A DNA stretch of 64,000 nucleotides from Candidatus Thalassarchaeum sp. GTDB lineage: Archaea; Thermoplasmatota; Poseidoniia; Poseidoniales; Thalassarchaeaceae. The stretch's first letter is position 1. The number at the start of each line of letters is the position of its first letter. Of the stretch, positions 19,520 to 28,296 are shown piece by piece. The notes under the pieces were generated by a model. It saw nothing but the letters and a program-made list of their open reading frames with translations. It searched no databases and was not told the DNA's origin. The translations under genes and the position numbers were made by a program. The DNA lies in NCBI GenBank assembly GCA_016777225.1, contig JADHRW010000001.1:170981-234980 (forward strand), written 5' to 3'.

Positions 19520-19671
19520 TGGTGCCGGGAGCGGGACTTGAACCCGCGACCTTCGGATGTCTCAGACACTCAAAGCAGGCTGTTGCGCTCATGACTAGTT
19601 CCAGTAGAAATCAGATTTCCACAAAAAATTACCCTATGAGTCCGACGCGCTACCAACTACGCCACCCCGGC
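19520..19671 (-). tRNA. Intron-containing tRNA with CAU anticodon (tRNA-Met, or tRNA-Ile2 if C34 is agmatidinylated); about 76-nt intron at the canonical 37/38 position
   Basis: The 5' exon is GCCGGGGTGGCGTAGTTGGTAGCGCGTCGGACTCATA (19671..19635), with anticodon loop CTCATA. The intron spans roughly 19559..19634. The 3' exon is A-TCCGA-AGGTC-GCGGGTTCAAGTCCCGC-TCCCGGC-ACCA (19558..19520). The acceptor, D, anticodon and T stems all pair when the exons are joined. Confidence 0.75.
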
Positions 19672-19782
19672 AGTAAGCCTTTCGACTGACAACCACCATT
19701 TGAGTATAACCATCCCCAAAAGAGGTTTTCAGAGGACCTTATGCACCCGTACCCTTGATGAGTAGTTCTGCATCGGCAATAC

Positions 19783-20649
19783 GTGGTCGACGTAGATACT
19801 GCCCTCCGCGCTAGCGCTTACAATGAACGTAAGCGTAAGTCTAGTGGTGGTAAAGAAGAAAAGAAAACTACTTCTAAAAAAATTGAGCCATTCGATCCTG
19901 TTGCGCATGCAATAAAGGAACTAGCAGATGCTTATTCAATGTGGGTTGTACTAATTTATGGGTCGTTAGTTGCAATAGGTGAACGTTATCTATTAATGCC
20001 TTCAATGGAAGAACCTGGTGCGATATTATATCTTTTACCATTACTATTATCTGCAACGATTATTCCATTACATCGAATTGTATTGCCGAAGAAATATAAT
20101 GAATTGTACACTAATGGAAATTGGTTTAGGGCGATATTTTTGTTTATATTTACTTGGTTAGCATTGTCATTCATTGTTTCTAACCCTCCATTGGCAGATA
20201 TTGCGCCACCGACACTAGCAGGAGGGATAGATATTGAACAAACCGAAGGTATTGAAAATACTAATTGGGATAATGGTGTATACACGATAGATCTCAACCA
20301 AGACACCGTAGATGTCGTTTTAGGGATGGCAGTAAGAGATAATGTTGAGGCAGAGTCAGTACAAATAAATGCAGCAATTTATTATCGAGGAGAAATGATT
20401 CAAGAGTTGGCTAATGGTACTGCCATTTCACATACTGAAGATATAGAAATGTTTTCATCAGTAACTAATTGGAGTAGAGGAGCTAAAATAGGCCAGCATG
20501 AAAGTGATGTAGGAATGGCTTGGGATTTAGGAACTCTTGAACCGGGAGAATATACTCTAGAAATTACAATGACTGAACAAGGAAATCCTTGGGTAAATAC
20601 TTCTGAATTAGAATATACTATCCTAATAGCACAAACTACTGTACTTTAA
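19783..20649 (+). CDS. Hypothetical membrane-anchored protein with a basic N-terminal region and an extracytoplasmic domain
   Basis: 288-aa ORF. The N-terminus is Lys-rich, two or three TM helices follow, and the C-terminal soluble domain has no motif I recognise. Confidence 0.4.
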   Translation: MVDVDTALRASAYNERKRKSSGGKEEKKTTSKKIEPFDPVAHAIKELADAYSMWVVLIYGSLVAIGERYLLMPSMEEPGAILYLLPLLLSATIIPLHRIVLPKKYNELYTNGNWFRAIFLFIFTWLALSFIVSNPPLADIAPPTLAGGIDIEQTEGIENTNWDNGVYTIDLNQDTVDVVLGMAVRDNVEAESVQINAAIYYRGEMIQELANGTAISHTEDIEMFSSVTNWSRGAKIGQHESDVGMAWDLGTLEPGEYTLEITMTEQGNPWVNTSELEYTILIAQTTVL

Positions 20650-21604
20650 TCTGAGAACAAATTTTCGCAGTCATTGCGTCTAATTGCAAAGATTCTCCGC
20701 CACCTTCAACCATTCTAAAATCGGTTTCAGCCATTACTTCGGTTACTTTGAGTTTTTGAGATTCATCAAAGAATGAAACACTACCCAATTCTCTATGTAA
20801 CTGATTGACTAAATCTGTACCTGCTAAACCAAATCTATCTAGAAGTTCTCTAAGTCTTCTTCTAGCAGGTTGAAATCCATCTTGTTGACATGCTAGGAAA
20901 TAACCATGTAATTCTTCAGGAGGAGCAGTGGCAGTTGTTTCATAGATTAATTCACGGGTCACATTAGTATCTAATGAAGCAGCAACTTGTAAGGAGGTAA
21001 TTGCCTTCCTTAAATCTCCAAGAGAAACATGAACAATAGCATCGGCTGCTTCTGGATGTAGTTCAATATCTTCTCCTAAAGCAACACTGACAATCATTTC
21101 TCTGACCTGATCTTCAGCTAGCGGACGGAATCTAAATACTGCACATCGAGATTGAATAGGTTCAATAATCTTAGATGAATAGTTGCAAGATAGTATGAAC
21201 CTACAGGTTTCTGCATATTGTTCCATTATTCTCCTAAGTGCCCCCTGAGCATCAGGAGTCAAGGCATCGGCCTCATCCAGAAAAATAACCTTGAATGTAG
21301 TTCCAGGAACCGGAGCAGTTCTAGCAAAAGATTTGACTTTAGTTCGTATTGACTCTAATTTTCTCTCATCACTAGCATTCATTTCCAACATATTTGTACG
21401 ATATCCTTCTCCAAATACATCCCTAGCCAAAGCAATTGCAGCAGTAGTTTTTCCAGTCCCTGGAGGACCAGCAAACAAAAGATGAGGGAAGGTACGTTTC
21501 TGTGCATATGCCTTGAGTCTTTCAACAACTGCACGCTGACCTTTGATGTCACCAACTGTACGCGGGCGATGGCGTTCTACCCAAAGTTCACTCATAACAA
21601 TCAA
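20636..21604 (-). CDS. rfcS: Replication factor C small subunit (clamp loader)
   Basis: 322-aa ORF with the Walker A motif LLFAGPPGTGKTT, a DEAD-type Walker B (IFLDEADALT), and an SRC-motif region typical of RFC small subunits. Confidence 0.9.
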   Translation of the reverse strand: MIVMSELWVERHRPRTVGDIKGQRAVVERLKAYAQKRTFPHLLFAGPPGTGKTTAAIALARDVFGEGYRTNMLEMNASDERKLESIRTKVKSFARTAPVPGTTFKVIFLDEADALTPDAQGALRRIMEQYAETCRFILSCNYSSKIIEPIQSRCAVFRFRPLAEDQVREMIVSVALGEDIELHPEAADAIVHVSLGDLRKAITSLQVAASLDTNVTRELIYETTATAPPEELHGYFLACQQDGFQPARRRLRELLDRFGLAGTDLVNQLHRELGSVSFFDESQKLKVTEVMAETDFRMVEGGGESLQLDAMTAKICSQIKVQ

Positions 21605-21657
21605 ATCTATGCAAAGGGGGCTGTCCTTGAACGTTTTGAGTAGTGATGGTTGAACTA

Positions 21658-22473
21658 TTAGTAACCTTCATCGGCATTTGGGAATTCTTTATGACGTACA
21701 TCTTCGATGTACTGCTTGACTGCTCCATCAATAGTTTCACCTAAATCTGCATATCTTCTTAAGAATCTGGGGCTGAAATCTTTTGTGATTCCGAGCATAT
21801 CATGGAGGACTAATACTTGGCCGTCACAATCAACTCCTGCGCCTATTCCAATAGTAGGAATTGTAAGGGCCTCACTGACTTTCTTAGCCAAATCAGCAGG
21901 TATCTTTTCAAAGACAATTGAGAAACATCCAGCATCTTGTAATGCTTTCGCATCCTCAAGTAATTTAGTGGCCTCATCTTGCTCTTTAGCTCTAACGCTG
22001 TAAGTACCAAACTTGTATATTGATTGAGGAGTTAATCCTAGATGCCCCATGACTGGAATTCCTGCTTGTTGGATGCGTTTCACAGATTCAACTACTTCAG
22101 AACCACCTTCGAGCTTTACTGCATGACCACCAGATTCTTTCATAATACGGATTGCAGAATCAAGTGCTGTTTTAGAATCTCCTTGATAAGTACCAAATGG
22201 CATATCAACTACTACTAGTGCCCTATCTACTCCTTTAATTACACATTGAGCATGATAAATCATATGTTCTAAAGTAATAGGAACAGTTGTTTCGTTACCT
22301 GCCATCACATTAGATGCTGAGTCCCCTACTAAAATAACATCAATTCCCGCAGCATCTACCAGTCTTGCTAAAGAATAATCATATGAAGTAAGCATAGTGA
22401 TTTTTTCACCAGATCTTTTCATCTCCTGAAGAGTGTGAGTAGTGACTTTTTTGACTCGACTAGATATGGGCAT
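21658..22473 (-). CDS. panB: 3-methyl-2-oxobutanoate hydroxymethyltransferase (ketopantoate hydroxymethyltransferase)
   Basis: 271-aa ORF with typical PanB blocks ([39 protein letters not shown]; [11 protein letters not shown]). Confidence 0.9.
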   Translation of the reverse strand: MPISSRVKKVTTHTLQEMKRSGEKITMLTSYDYSLARLVDAAGIDVILVGDSASNVMAGNETTVPITLEHMIYHAQCVIKGVDRALVVVDMPFGTYQGDSKTALDSAIRIMKESGGHAVKLEGGSEVVESVKRIQQAGIPVMGHLGLTPQSIYKFGTYSVRAKEQDEATKLLEDAKALQDAGCFSIVFEKIPADLAKKVSEALTIPTIGIGAGVDCDGQVLVLHDMLGITKDFSPRFLRRYADLGETIDGAVKQYIEDVRHKEFPNADEGY

Positions 22474-22535
22474 ATACTCACTTCCTGTGCACTCCGATAG
22501 ACATCCATGCCTTCAATTGAACTCCTACTCAATCA

Positions 22536-24221
22536 CTAATCGAAATCTAATTCCTCGACTCCTCTTAAAAATTCATCAATTTCTAACACGCCATCATCAT
22601 TTTCATCCGCAGAATGGAAATATGTCCTCAAAGCGTCCCAATTTCCATCTTCCGATGTTGAGAAACCAAGAGCAGACATTGCAGCGATAAATTCATTTAA
22701 ATTAAGATGATTATTTCTCTCAGTATCCGCAGCATGGAATGCAGCCCATCGCCTACGATGTTCGACTTCATCAGGATTTGTAAACTGGAGACGGAATGTA
22801 TCCCAAGGAGTTATAGGACTTTCAACAGGATTTCTTCCATAAAAACTGTAAATTATTATGCCGATTATAATAGCAGATAATGCGCCAATGACTGCTTTCA
22901 TCCCCATTGCGTAGATTAGTACTAGGCCACCTAAAATTCCTGAAATTTGTAAGACAGGGAAGAATGGAGACTTCCATGTAGGCTCATACCAATGAGATTT
23001 CGCAGAAGTTCTCAAAACTAGAACACAAGCGTTAATCAAGATGAAGACCATGATATTGAATCCAGAAGCTAGTTCTGCAACATCATGAACTGGTAGGTAA
23101 AGAATTGCAGCTGCCATCGAAAGACCAGTGCCAATTATCGCCCAATGGGGAGTTTCATATTTATTATGGACATTCTCGAAAAGAGCTGGTAATAAACTGT
23201 CACGAGCCATAGCAAAAAGGAATCTTGATGCAGCCATAATACCAGCAAGAGCACCAGAAAGAACGGTTACAGCAGCAAAAGTAGCTGCTATTGTTGCAAT
23301 CGTCTTACCACCTGTGCTCAAAGCGAAAACATAGATAGGATCTTCTCTAGCATGTCCCCCCTCAACATAACTAGTTGGATCTACAGTAATTGCCATAGTT
23401 AGAGTAACAAAAACATATAAAAAAATACTAAATAATAAAGAAATTAGAATACCTTGTGGCATATTTTTACCTGGGTTTTTGATTTCTCCCCCAACTGCAG
23501 CGAGTTTCGTCACCCCTATGTATGAAACAAAAACTAGAGCAGCAGTTGATGAGAAACTATGCCAATCTGCACCTAATGCTTCTCGAGATAAGGCAGCATC
23601 CCAATTCAATTCTGTAGTTGCTAATGCCCAAATACAGACACAAATTAGATAGGTCACTGAAACTAAAACTATTGGTGTTTGAACTTTCTTAATACTTTTA
23701 GCGCCTAAAATATTGATTCCTACTATCAAGGCTAGCATAATCATTACAGCGGCATCAAGATTTATTGAAATGCCAATAATCCCTTCTAATACCCATAAAT
23801 ATGCTCTGAAACCAATAAGAGCAAAGGCAGATTTTAGCATAAAGTTAGCCCATAATCCTAAACCAGATATTGTCCCAATTATTGGACCAAATGTTTTCTC
23901 AATATACACATATGCGCCACCTGAAGTAGGCATTGCAGTAGCCAGTTCAGATTTGGAAATCGCACCAGGCAATACAACTAAACCTGCAAATAGGTATGCT
24001 AACCAAATACCCCCTAGAGGAGATTCACCTCCACCTAATTCCATCATGGCTAAAGAAGGAAGAACGAATAAACCACTTCCAAGCATTGCGGAAATCGAAA
24101 GTATGACTACAGAAAATAATCCTAATTTTCTCTCTAAAGTTTCCGATACCTTATCGAGTGGTTGAAGAACTATGCCAAAAACCTCTTTCGGTGAAAGCCT
24201 ATCCATATATTTGCGAAACAA
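22536..24221 (-). CDS. APC-superfamily amino-acid permease fused to a C-terminal cytoplasmic EF-hand pair
   Basis: 561-aa ORF with about 12 TM helices of APC/amino-acid-permease type. The roughly 90-aa C-terminal tail holds two EF-hand loops: DTERNNHLNLNEF and a canonical DENDDGVLEIDEF. Confidence 0.75.
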   Translation of the reverse strand: MFRKYMDRLSPKEVFGIVLQPLDKVSETLERKLGLFSVVILSISAMLGSGLFVLPSLAMMELGGGESPLGGIWLAYLFAGLVVLPGAISKSELATAMPTSGGAYVYIEKTFGPIIGTISGLGLWANFMLKSAFALIGFRAYLWVLEGIIGISINLDAAVMIMLALIVGINILGAKSIKKVQTPIVLVSVTYLICVCIWALATTELNWDAALSREALGADWHSFSSTAALVFVSYIGVTKLAAVGGEIKNPGKNMPQGILISLLFSIFLYVFVTLTMAITVDPTSYVEGGHAREDPIYVFALSTGGKTIATIAATFAAVTVLSGALAGIMAASRFLFAMARDSLLPALFENVHNKYETPHWAIIGTGLSMAAAILYLPVHDVAELASGFNIMVFILINACVLVLRTSAKSHWYEPTWKSPFFPVLQISGILGGLVLIYAMGMKAVIGALSAIIIGIIIYSFYGRNPVESPITPWDTFRLQFTNPDEVEHRRRWAAFHAADTERNNHLNLNEFIAAMSALGFSTSEDGNWDALRTYFHSADENDDGVLEIDEFLRGVEELDFD

Positions 24222-24287
24222 ACATTACAATTCAAGGTTTGGTCGTCACAATTATTAATGTTGGAGAGTGTTACAGGCTAAAATAAG

Positions 24288-25316
24288 ATGAAGACGCTCA
24301 CCGCTATAATCACTCTGATTATAATTACGAGTTCAATGAGCGGATGTCTATCATTAACTGACAAAACAGAAGAAAATAATGATGACGATTTAACACCTCT
24401 GAGAATAAATCACATTCAGGTTAAAGGAACACATAATTCATACCATTTAGAACCTTTAGGACCTACAATAAGAGCTTATGAATATTCACATCAACCATTA
24501 GAAATACAGGCTGAAGAACAAGGAGTGAGACAGTTTGAAATTGATGTTTGGTGGGATGCAAGAGGACAACTTTATGTTTATCATAATCAGTATGATTTAC
24601 GAACCACATGTGTGACATTTGAAGAATGCCTAAACACACTCCTAAATTGGTCTGATGAGAATTCAGAACATGTACCTTTAATGATCTGGATTGAACCTAA
24701 GGAATGGGTGGAACAGAGTACTGATAGCACTATTGTAGTAGATTTACAAAATATGTTAGATCATATTGAAGAAGAAATTACTCAATTTTGGCCTCGAAAT
24801 AAAACAATCACTCCAGATGATGTTAGAGGCGATTCAGAAACGCTTTCCCAAGCAATACTCGAAAAAGGTTGGCCATTATTAGATGATTCAAGGGGGAAAG
24901 CAATATTTATTCTCTTATCAAGTGGAGATTTAAGAGAAAGATATCACGAAAAATATCCCGGATTAAATGATTCTAGAATGTTCACAATGTCAGAAGTTGG
25001 TACACCAGAGGCTGCAATATTTTCGAATACTGATCCTTTAGGAAGTGGCGAAGAAATAATTGCACTAATAGAAGAGGGTTATATTGTCAGATCTAGAGCA
25101 GATAATGCAGAAAACGGAGAAGCGGATAATAACGACACTAGTAGGCGAGATGCTGCAATTTCTGTAGGTGCACATTCGATATCTACAGACTATCCGGCTA
25201 AAGTCGATGGAATTGATTATTGGGTAGAAATACCTAACGGAAATCCAGTTGCGTGTAATCCAATATCTGCACCAAATGACTGTACTTCTGAAAGAATTGA
25301 GTCATTAAATGACTGA
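24288..25316 (+). CDS. Lipoprotein with a PI-PLC X-domain-like (phosphoinositide phospholipase C-like) catalytic domain
   Basis: 342-aa ORF with a signal peptide plus lipobox (SMSGCLSL). The motif VKGTHNSYH resembles the catalytic His region of Ca-dependent bacterial PI-PLC-like domains. Confidence 0.4.
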   Translation: MKTLTAIITLIIITSSMSGCLSLTDKTEENNDDDLTPLRINHIQVKGTHNSYHLEPLGPTIRAYEYSHQPLEIQAEEQGVRQFEIDVWWDARGQLYVYHNQYDLRTTCVTFEECLNTLLNWSDENSEHVPLMIWIEPKEWVEQSTDSTIVVDLQNMLDHIEEEITQFWPRNKTITPDDVRGDSETLSQAILEKGWPLLDDSRGKAIFILLSSGDLRERYHEKYPGLNDSRMFTMSEVGTPEAAIFSNTDPLGSGEEIIALIEEGYIVRSRADNAENGEADNNDTSRRDAAISVGAHSISTDYPAKVDGIDYWVEIPNGNPVACNPISAPNDCTSERIESLND

Positions 25317-25317
25317 A

Positions 25318-25965
25318 TTAAGCCCTTGCTATAACTTTCAACTCTACAGCAATTGGAGTAGGTAGAGCAGTAACAGCACAAGTAGTTCTTGAAGGCATGA
25401 TTTCTGAGAAGTATTCAGCATAGACTTCATTGTATCCTGCGAAATCTCTATCCATATCTACAAGCATAGAATATACATCCACTACATTTTCTAAACTTGA
25501 ACCATATTCTTCAAGAATTATCCTAATATTATCTATTACTGAACGAGTTTGCGCTTTAATATCATAATCTAGAGGATTACCATCTTCATCTTTTATAGGT
25601 CCACCGGGGATTTCATTGGTAACTGGAGTTCTAGGGCCTATACCACTAACAAAGATCAGATCTCCTACTCTATGCAAATGAGGATATGCACCTACTGCTG
25701 AAGGGCCCTCTGTTGAAATAAATGGGCCATTTTCAGTAACTAATTTGCCAGCCGTTTTCTTACCTACGACACCGCCAACAATACCTCCAACAGGTCCGCC
25801 GACTGCTACTCCTGCAGCTGCACCCAGAGCACCACCAGCCGAACTAAGTAATGATTTACCATAATCTGAATATACCTTCTCGATAAATTCATCAGGAGCG
25901 AACACAATGCCTTCTATGAGTTTACGACGTCTTTCAAAGTCATTTAACTCATCATCGGACATCAA
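25318..25965 (-). CDS. RidA/YjgF/TdcF-family protein (reactive enamine/imine deaminase-like) with a Gly-rich N-terminal extension
   Basis: 215-aa ORF. The C-terminal roughly 125 aa have RidA blocks (GAYPHLHRVGDLIFVSGIGPR...RTTCAVTALP...VELKVIA). The N-terminal roughly 80 aa contain a Gly/Ala/Val-rich, possibly membrane-associated stretch. Its start overlaps the upstream gene stop. Confidence 0.65.
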   Translation of the reverse strand: MMSDDELNDFERRRKLIEGIVFAPDEFIEKVYSDYGKSLLSSAGGALGAAAGVAVGGPVGGIVGGVVGKKTAGKLVTENGPFISTEGPSAVGAYPHLHRVGDLIFVSGIGPRTPVTNEIPGGPIKDEDGNPLDYDIKAQTRSVIDNIRIILEEYGSSLENVVDVYSMLVDMDRDFAGYNEVYAEYFSEIMPSRTTCAVTALPTPIAVELKVIARA

Positions 25966-26888
25966 AAATCCCCCTTATTTAGCACATTTCTATCGCCTTG
26001 ATAATATTCAACATCATCTTCATCAAATTCTTTATCTCCAAAAGAACCTGTTGAAGGAGTTAGTTGAATTACTGCTCCTCCAGAACCATGTAATGCTTCG
26101 TAAGCTAATACCTCGCCTTCGTAATTATTGTGCTGACCCATTGTTGCGGCTAACCACCAAGCCGGTTTGTATGCAACTACTTTTTGAACTCTGATTTGAC
26201 CATGTATTTCTCGACTTAGTTGACTTAAATCTTCAAGTCTACCGTCGGCAAAGAATTGAAGAATTTTCTCATTCCATTCATTGTCTTTGGGACTATGGAT
26301 TCTATCATCAACAGGATCTATATGTTCAGTGAACATCCGATTAGAAAGACTAGAAACTACTACTATCACCGCTTTCTTACCTTGAGTTATCAAAGCATCT
26401 CTAGCAGATTTACCAAGAACTATTGTTTCTGAACGATTAGAATACATATTACTAGAAACAATACATGCAGGTATACGATTATCAGGATTCAATAAACTAA
26501 GTGCTACTACCGAACCTGTATCAATAGGAAATCCTTCATACTCTACGGTGCGGGCATGTAGTCCTCTTTTTTCTGCCGCTGCACAGTATTCATGAGCGAA
26601 TTCATCATCGATAGAGAAATTATATGGCATACTTCCTAAATAATGGAAATCATCATCAACATGAGTCCAAATTGATTCTTTCAGTGCTTGGATCTGGTGC
26701 CCTACAACACTTGGCCATGTAGTAGAATATACTAGTATTAAATCAGCATCACTTTCTTCAATTCTTTTGCGACAAGTTTCGAATGCTGATCTAAGGTTAG
26801 AGTATCCTTTATTGGCGTCTGGGCTGAGAAGAGGTTGAGGGTGTGGTGGGACATACAGTCCGAATAAAATAGGTGAATCTTCGCTCAT
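25962..26888 (-). CDS. LigB-type (class III) extradiol dioxygenase, non-catalytic alpha-like subunit
   Basis: 308-aa ORF paralogous to the upstream gene (LFGLYVPPHPQPL against LGCLAPHPPHL). The metal-ligand histidines are replaced (STTW where the partner has TPHW; SSLSNR where the partner has SSHSLSH). This is the AmnA / CnbCa / LigA-like pattern. Confidence 0.5.
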   Translation of the reverse strand: MSEDSPILFGLYVPPHPQPLLSPDANKGYSNLRSAFETCRKRIEESDADLILVYSTTWPSVVGHQIQALKESIWTHVDDDFHYLGSMPYNFSIDDEFAHEYCAAAEKRGLHARTVEYEGFPIDTGSVVALSLLNPDNRIPACIVSSNMYSNRSETIVLGKSARDALITQGKKAVIVVVSSLSNRMFTEHIDPVDDRIHSPKDNEWNEKILQFFADGRLEDLSQLSREIHGQIRVQKVVAYKPAWWLAATMGQHNNYEGEVLAYEALHGSGGAVIQLTPSTGSFGDKEFDEDDVEYYQGDRNVLNKGDF

Positions 26889-26897
26889 ATAATCACC

Positions 26898-27851
26898 TTA
26901 AAGAACTAACTCCCTTGTATTTGTATTTGGGTCCCAACATGCAATACAATTTCCAGTACCAATAACTGATTGATAACCATAAATTTCAGCAGGATAACTT
27001 GGAACACCCATTGCTGCCATCATCCAAATTAGACCACCGGCTTCAGTTTCTGCTATTGTCTGTTCAGTATATTCAGGCATTATATCGACTACTTCCTGCA
27101 TTTTACCTTCTCTAAACATTTCAATGATTTTCATATCCCAAACATATTGACTATGATTGTATATATGTTCCCTACTCATATCTTCAGGAAGAGGTGCTTC
27201 CGTTACGAAATGTCGGTGGCTTAAACTATGACTACTTACTAAAACAACTTTCTTACCGCTTTTTTCTATAGCCTTCATACAAGCTTCTCCTAATGCTTTA
27301 GCTTGTTCAATCATAACTTCGTTGGAGTAATAATGCGAATTACGATTACTAGAAATAGTAACAATTGGTTTATCCCAATCAGGATTCAAAAGATGACATG
27401 AAGTAATTGTCCCATAGTCTACTCTAAAATCTGGATTTCTCATCATTTTTGTGATTATACCTGCCTTAGCAGTTTCTTCATGCATTGCTTCAGCTAACTC
27501 AACATCGACTTTGAGATCATAATTATATCTGAATAAATTAGGGAATACTGGGTCAACTGATTTTGATTTGAAACCAGGAAGTCCTAAGAAATGTGTCCCA
27601 ATATATGTTTGCCAATGAGGTGTAAATATCACAATTGCATCATAATCAATTGTTTTCAATTTTCTAGCAAGTTTAGCATAACCCCAGCGAAGCGTTTCCC
27701 ACCCACCTTCACTGAAGGCCTCATTCTGTGGAGGATTCTCTGCATAAACAAGATGAGGAGGGTGTGGTGCAAGACAACCAAGTACAATTTCGCCTTTCTT
27801 CATGTTCGGTCGGAGACTCTCCTTATTGATGAATGAGACGCATTGGGCCAT
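26898..27851 (-). CDS. LigB-type (class III) extradiol ring-cleavage dioxygenase, catalytic beta-like subunit (2-aminophenol-1,6-dioxygenase AmnB-like)
   Basis: 317-aa ORF with conserved His positions (APHPPHL, FTPHW, SSHSLSHRH) typical of LigB/AmnB catalytic subunits. Confidence 0.6.
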   Translation of the reverse strand: MAQCVSFINKESLRPNMKKGEIVLGCLAPHPPHLVYAENPPQNEAFSEGGWETLRWGYAKLARKLKTIDYDAIVIFTPHWQTYIGTHFLGLPGFKSKSVDPVFPNLFRYNYDLKVDVELAEAMHEETAKAGIITKMMRNPDFRVDYGTITSCHLLNPDWDKPIVTISSNRNSHYYSNEVMIEQAKALGEACMKAIEKSGKKVVLVSSHSLSHRHFVTEAPLPEDMSREHIYNHSQYVWDMKIIEMFREGKMQEVVDIMPEYTEQTIAETEAGGLIWMMAAMGVPSYPAEIYGYQSVIGTGNCIACWDPNTNTRELVL

Positions 27852-27888
27852 TCAGAGTATTATATGCTAGATACTAATCCGGTAATCA

Positions 27889-28296
27889 ATGAAGTGGGAG
27901 TCTGCTCCACTGTGGCCGGTAGTTCTCCCCTCTATTACAGGTTTATTGCTATCTTTTATCCCATATCTATTTGAGTTAGAATATTTCAGTAAAAGAAATC
28001 TTGTAGCACCAATATTAATCTTGTCAATATTCGGACTTGCTTGTATGCTATTACCTGAAAAATATGGGAATAAAGTTGAGTTATATGCTGGTTATCTATT
28101 GGCACTTTCATTAACATACTCATTCCGATTTTTATTCGGCTTCTATGGGATAGTTGTAGTAGTTCTTTTTTGGATAGGTCAATCATTCTACATATGGCAG
28201 TATAATTATCCACCATTTAGAATAGGAATTTGGTTAGCATTAGGTGCGATTTCAGGGTTATATATTGGTGGGATTTTGGCTTATAATTTATTTTGA
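27889..28296 (+). CDS. Small hypothetical membrane protein (4 TM)
   Basis: 135-aa hydrophobic ORF. Confidence 0.3.
   Translation: MKWESAPLWPVVLPSITGLLLSFIPYLFELEYFSKRNLVAPILILSIFGLACMLLPEKYGNKVELYAGYLLALSLTYSFRFLFGFYGIVVVVLFWIGQSFYIWQYNYPPFRIGIWLALGAISGLYIGGILAYNLF

Noticed and set aside
19483-19689. 68-aa plus-strand ORF and the 5' part of the 136-aa minus-strand ORF
   Set aside because: Both coincide with the intron-containing tRNA gene. The tRNA fold explains the sequence.
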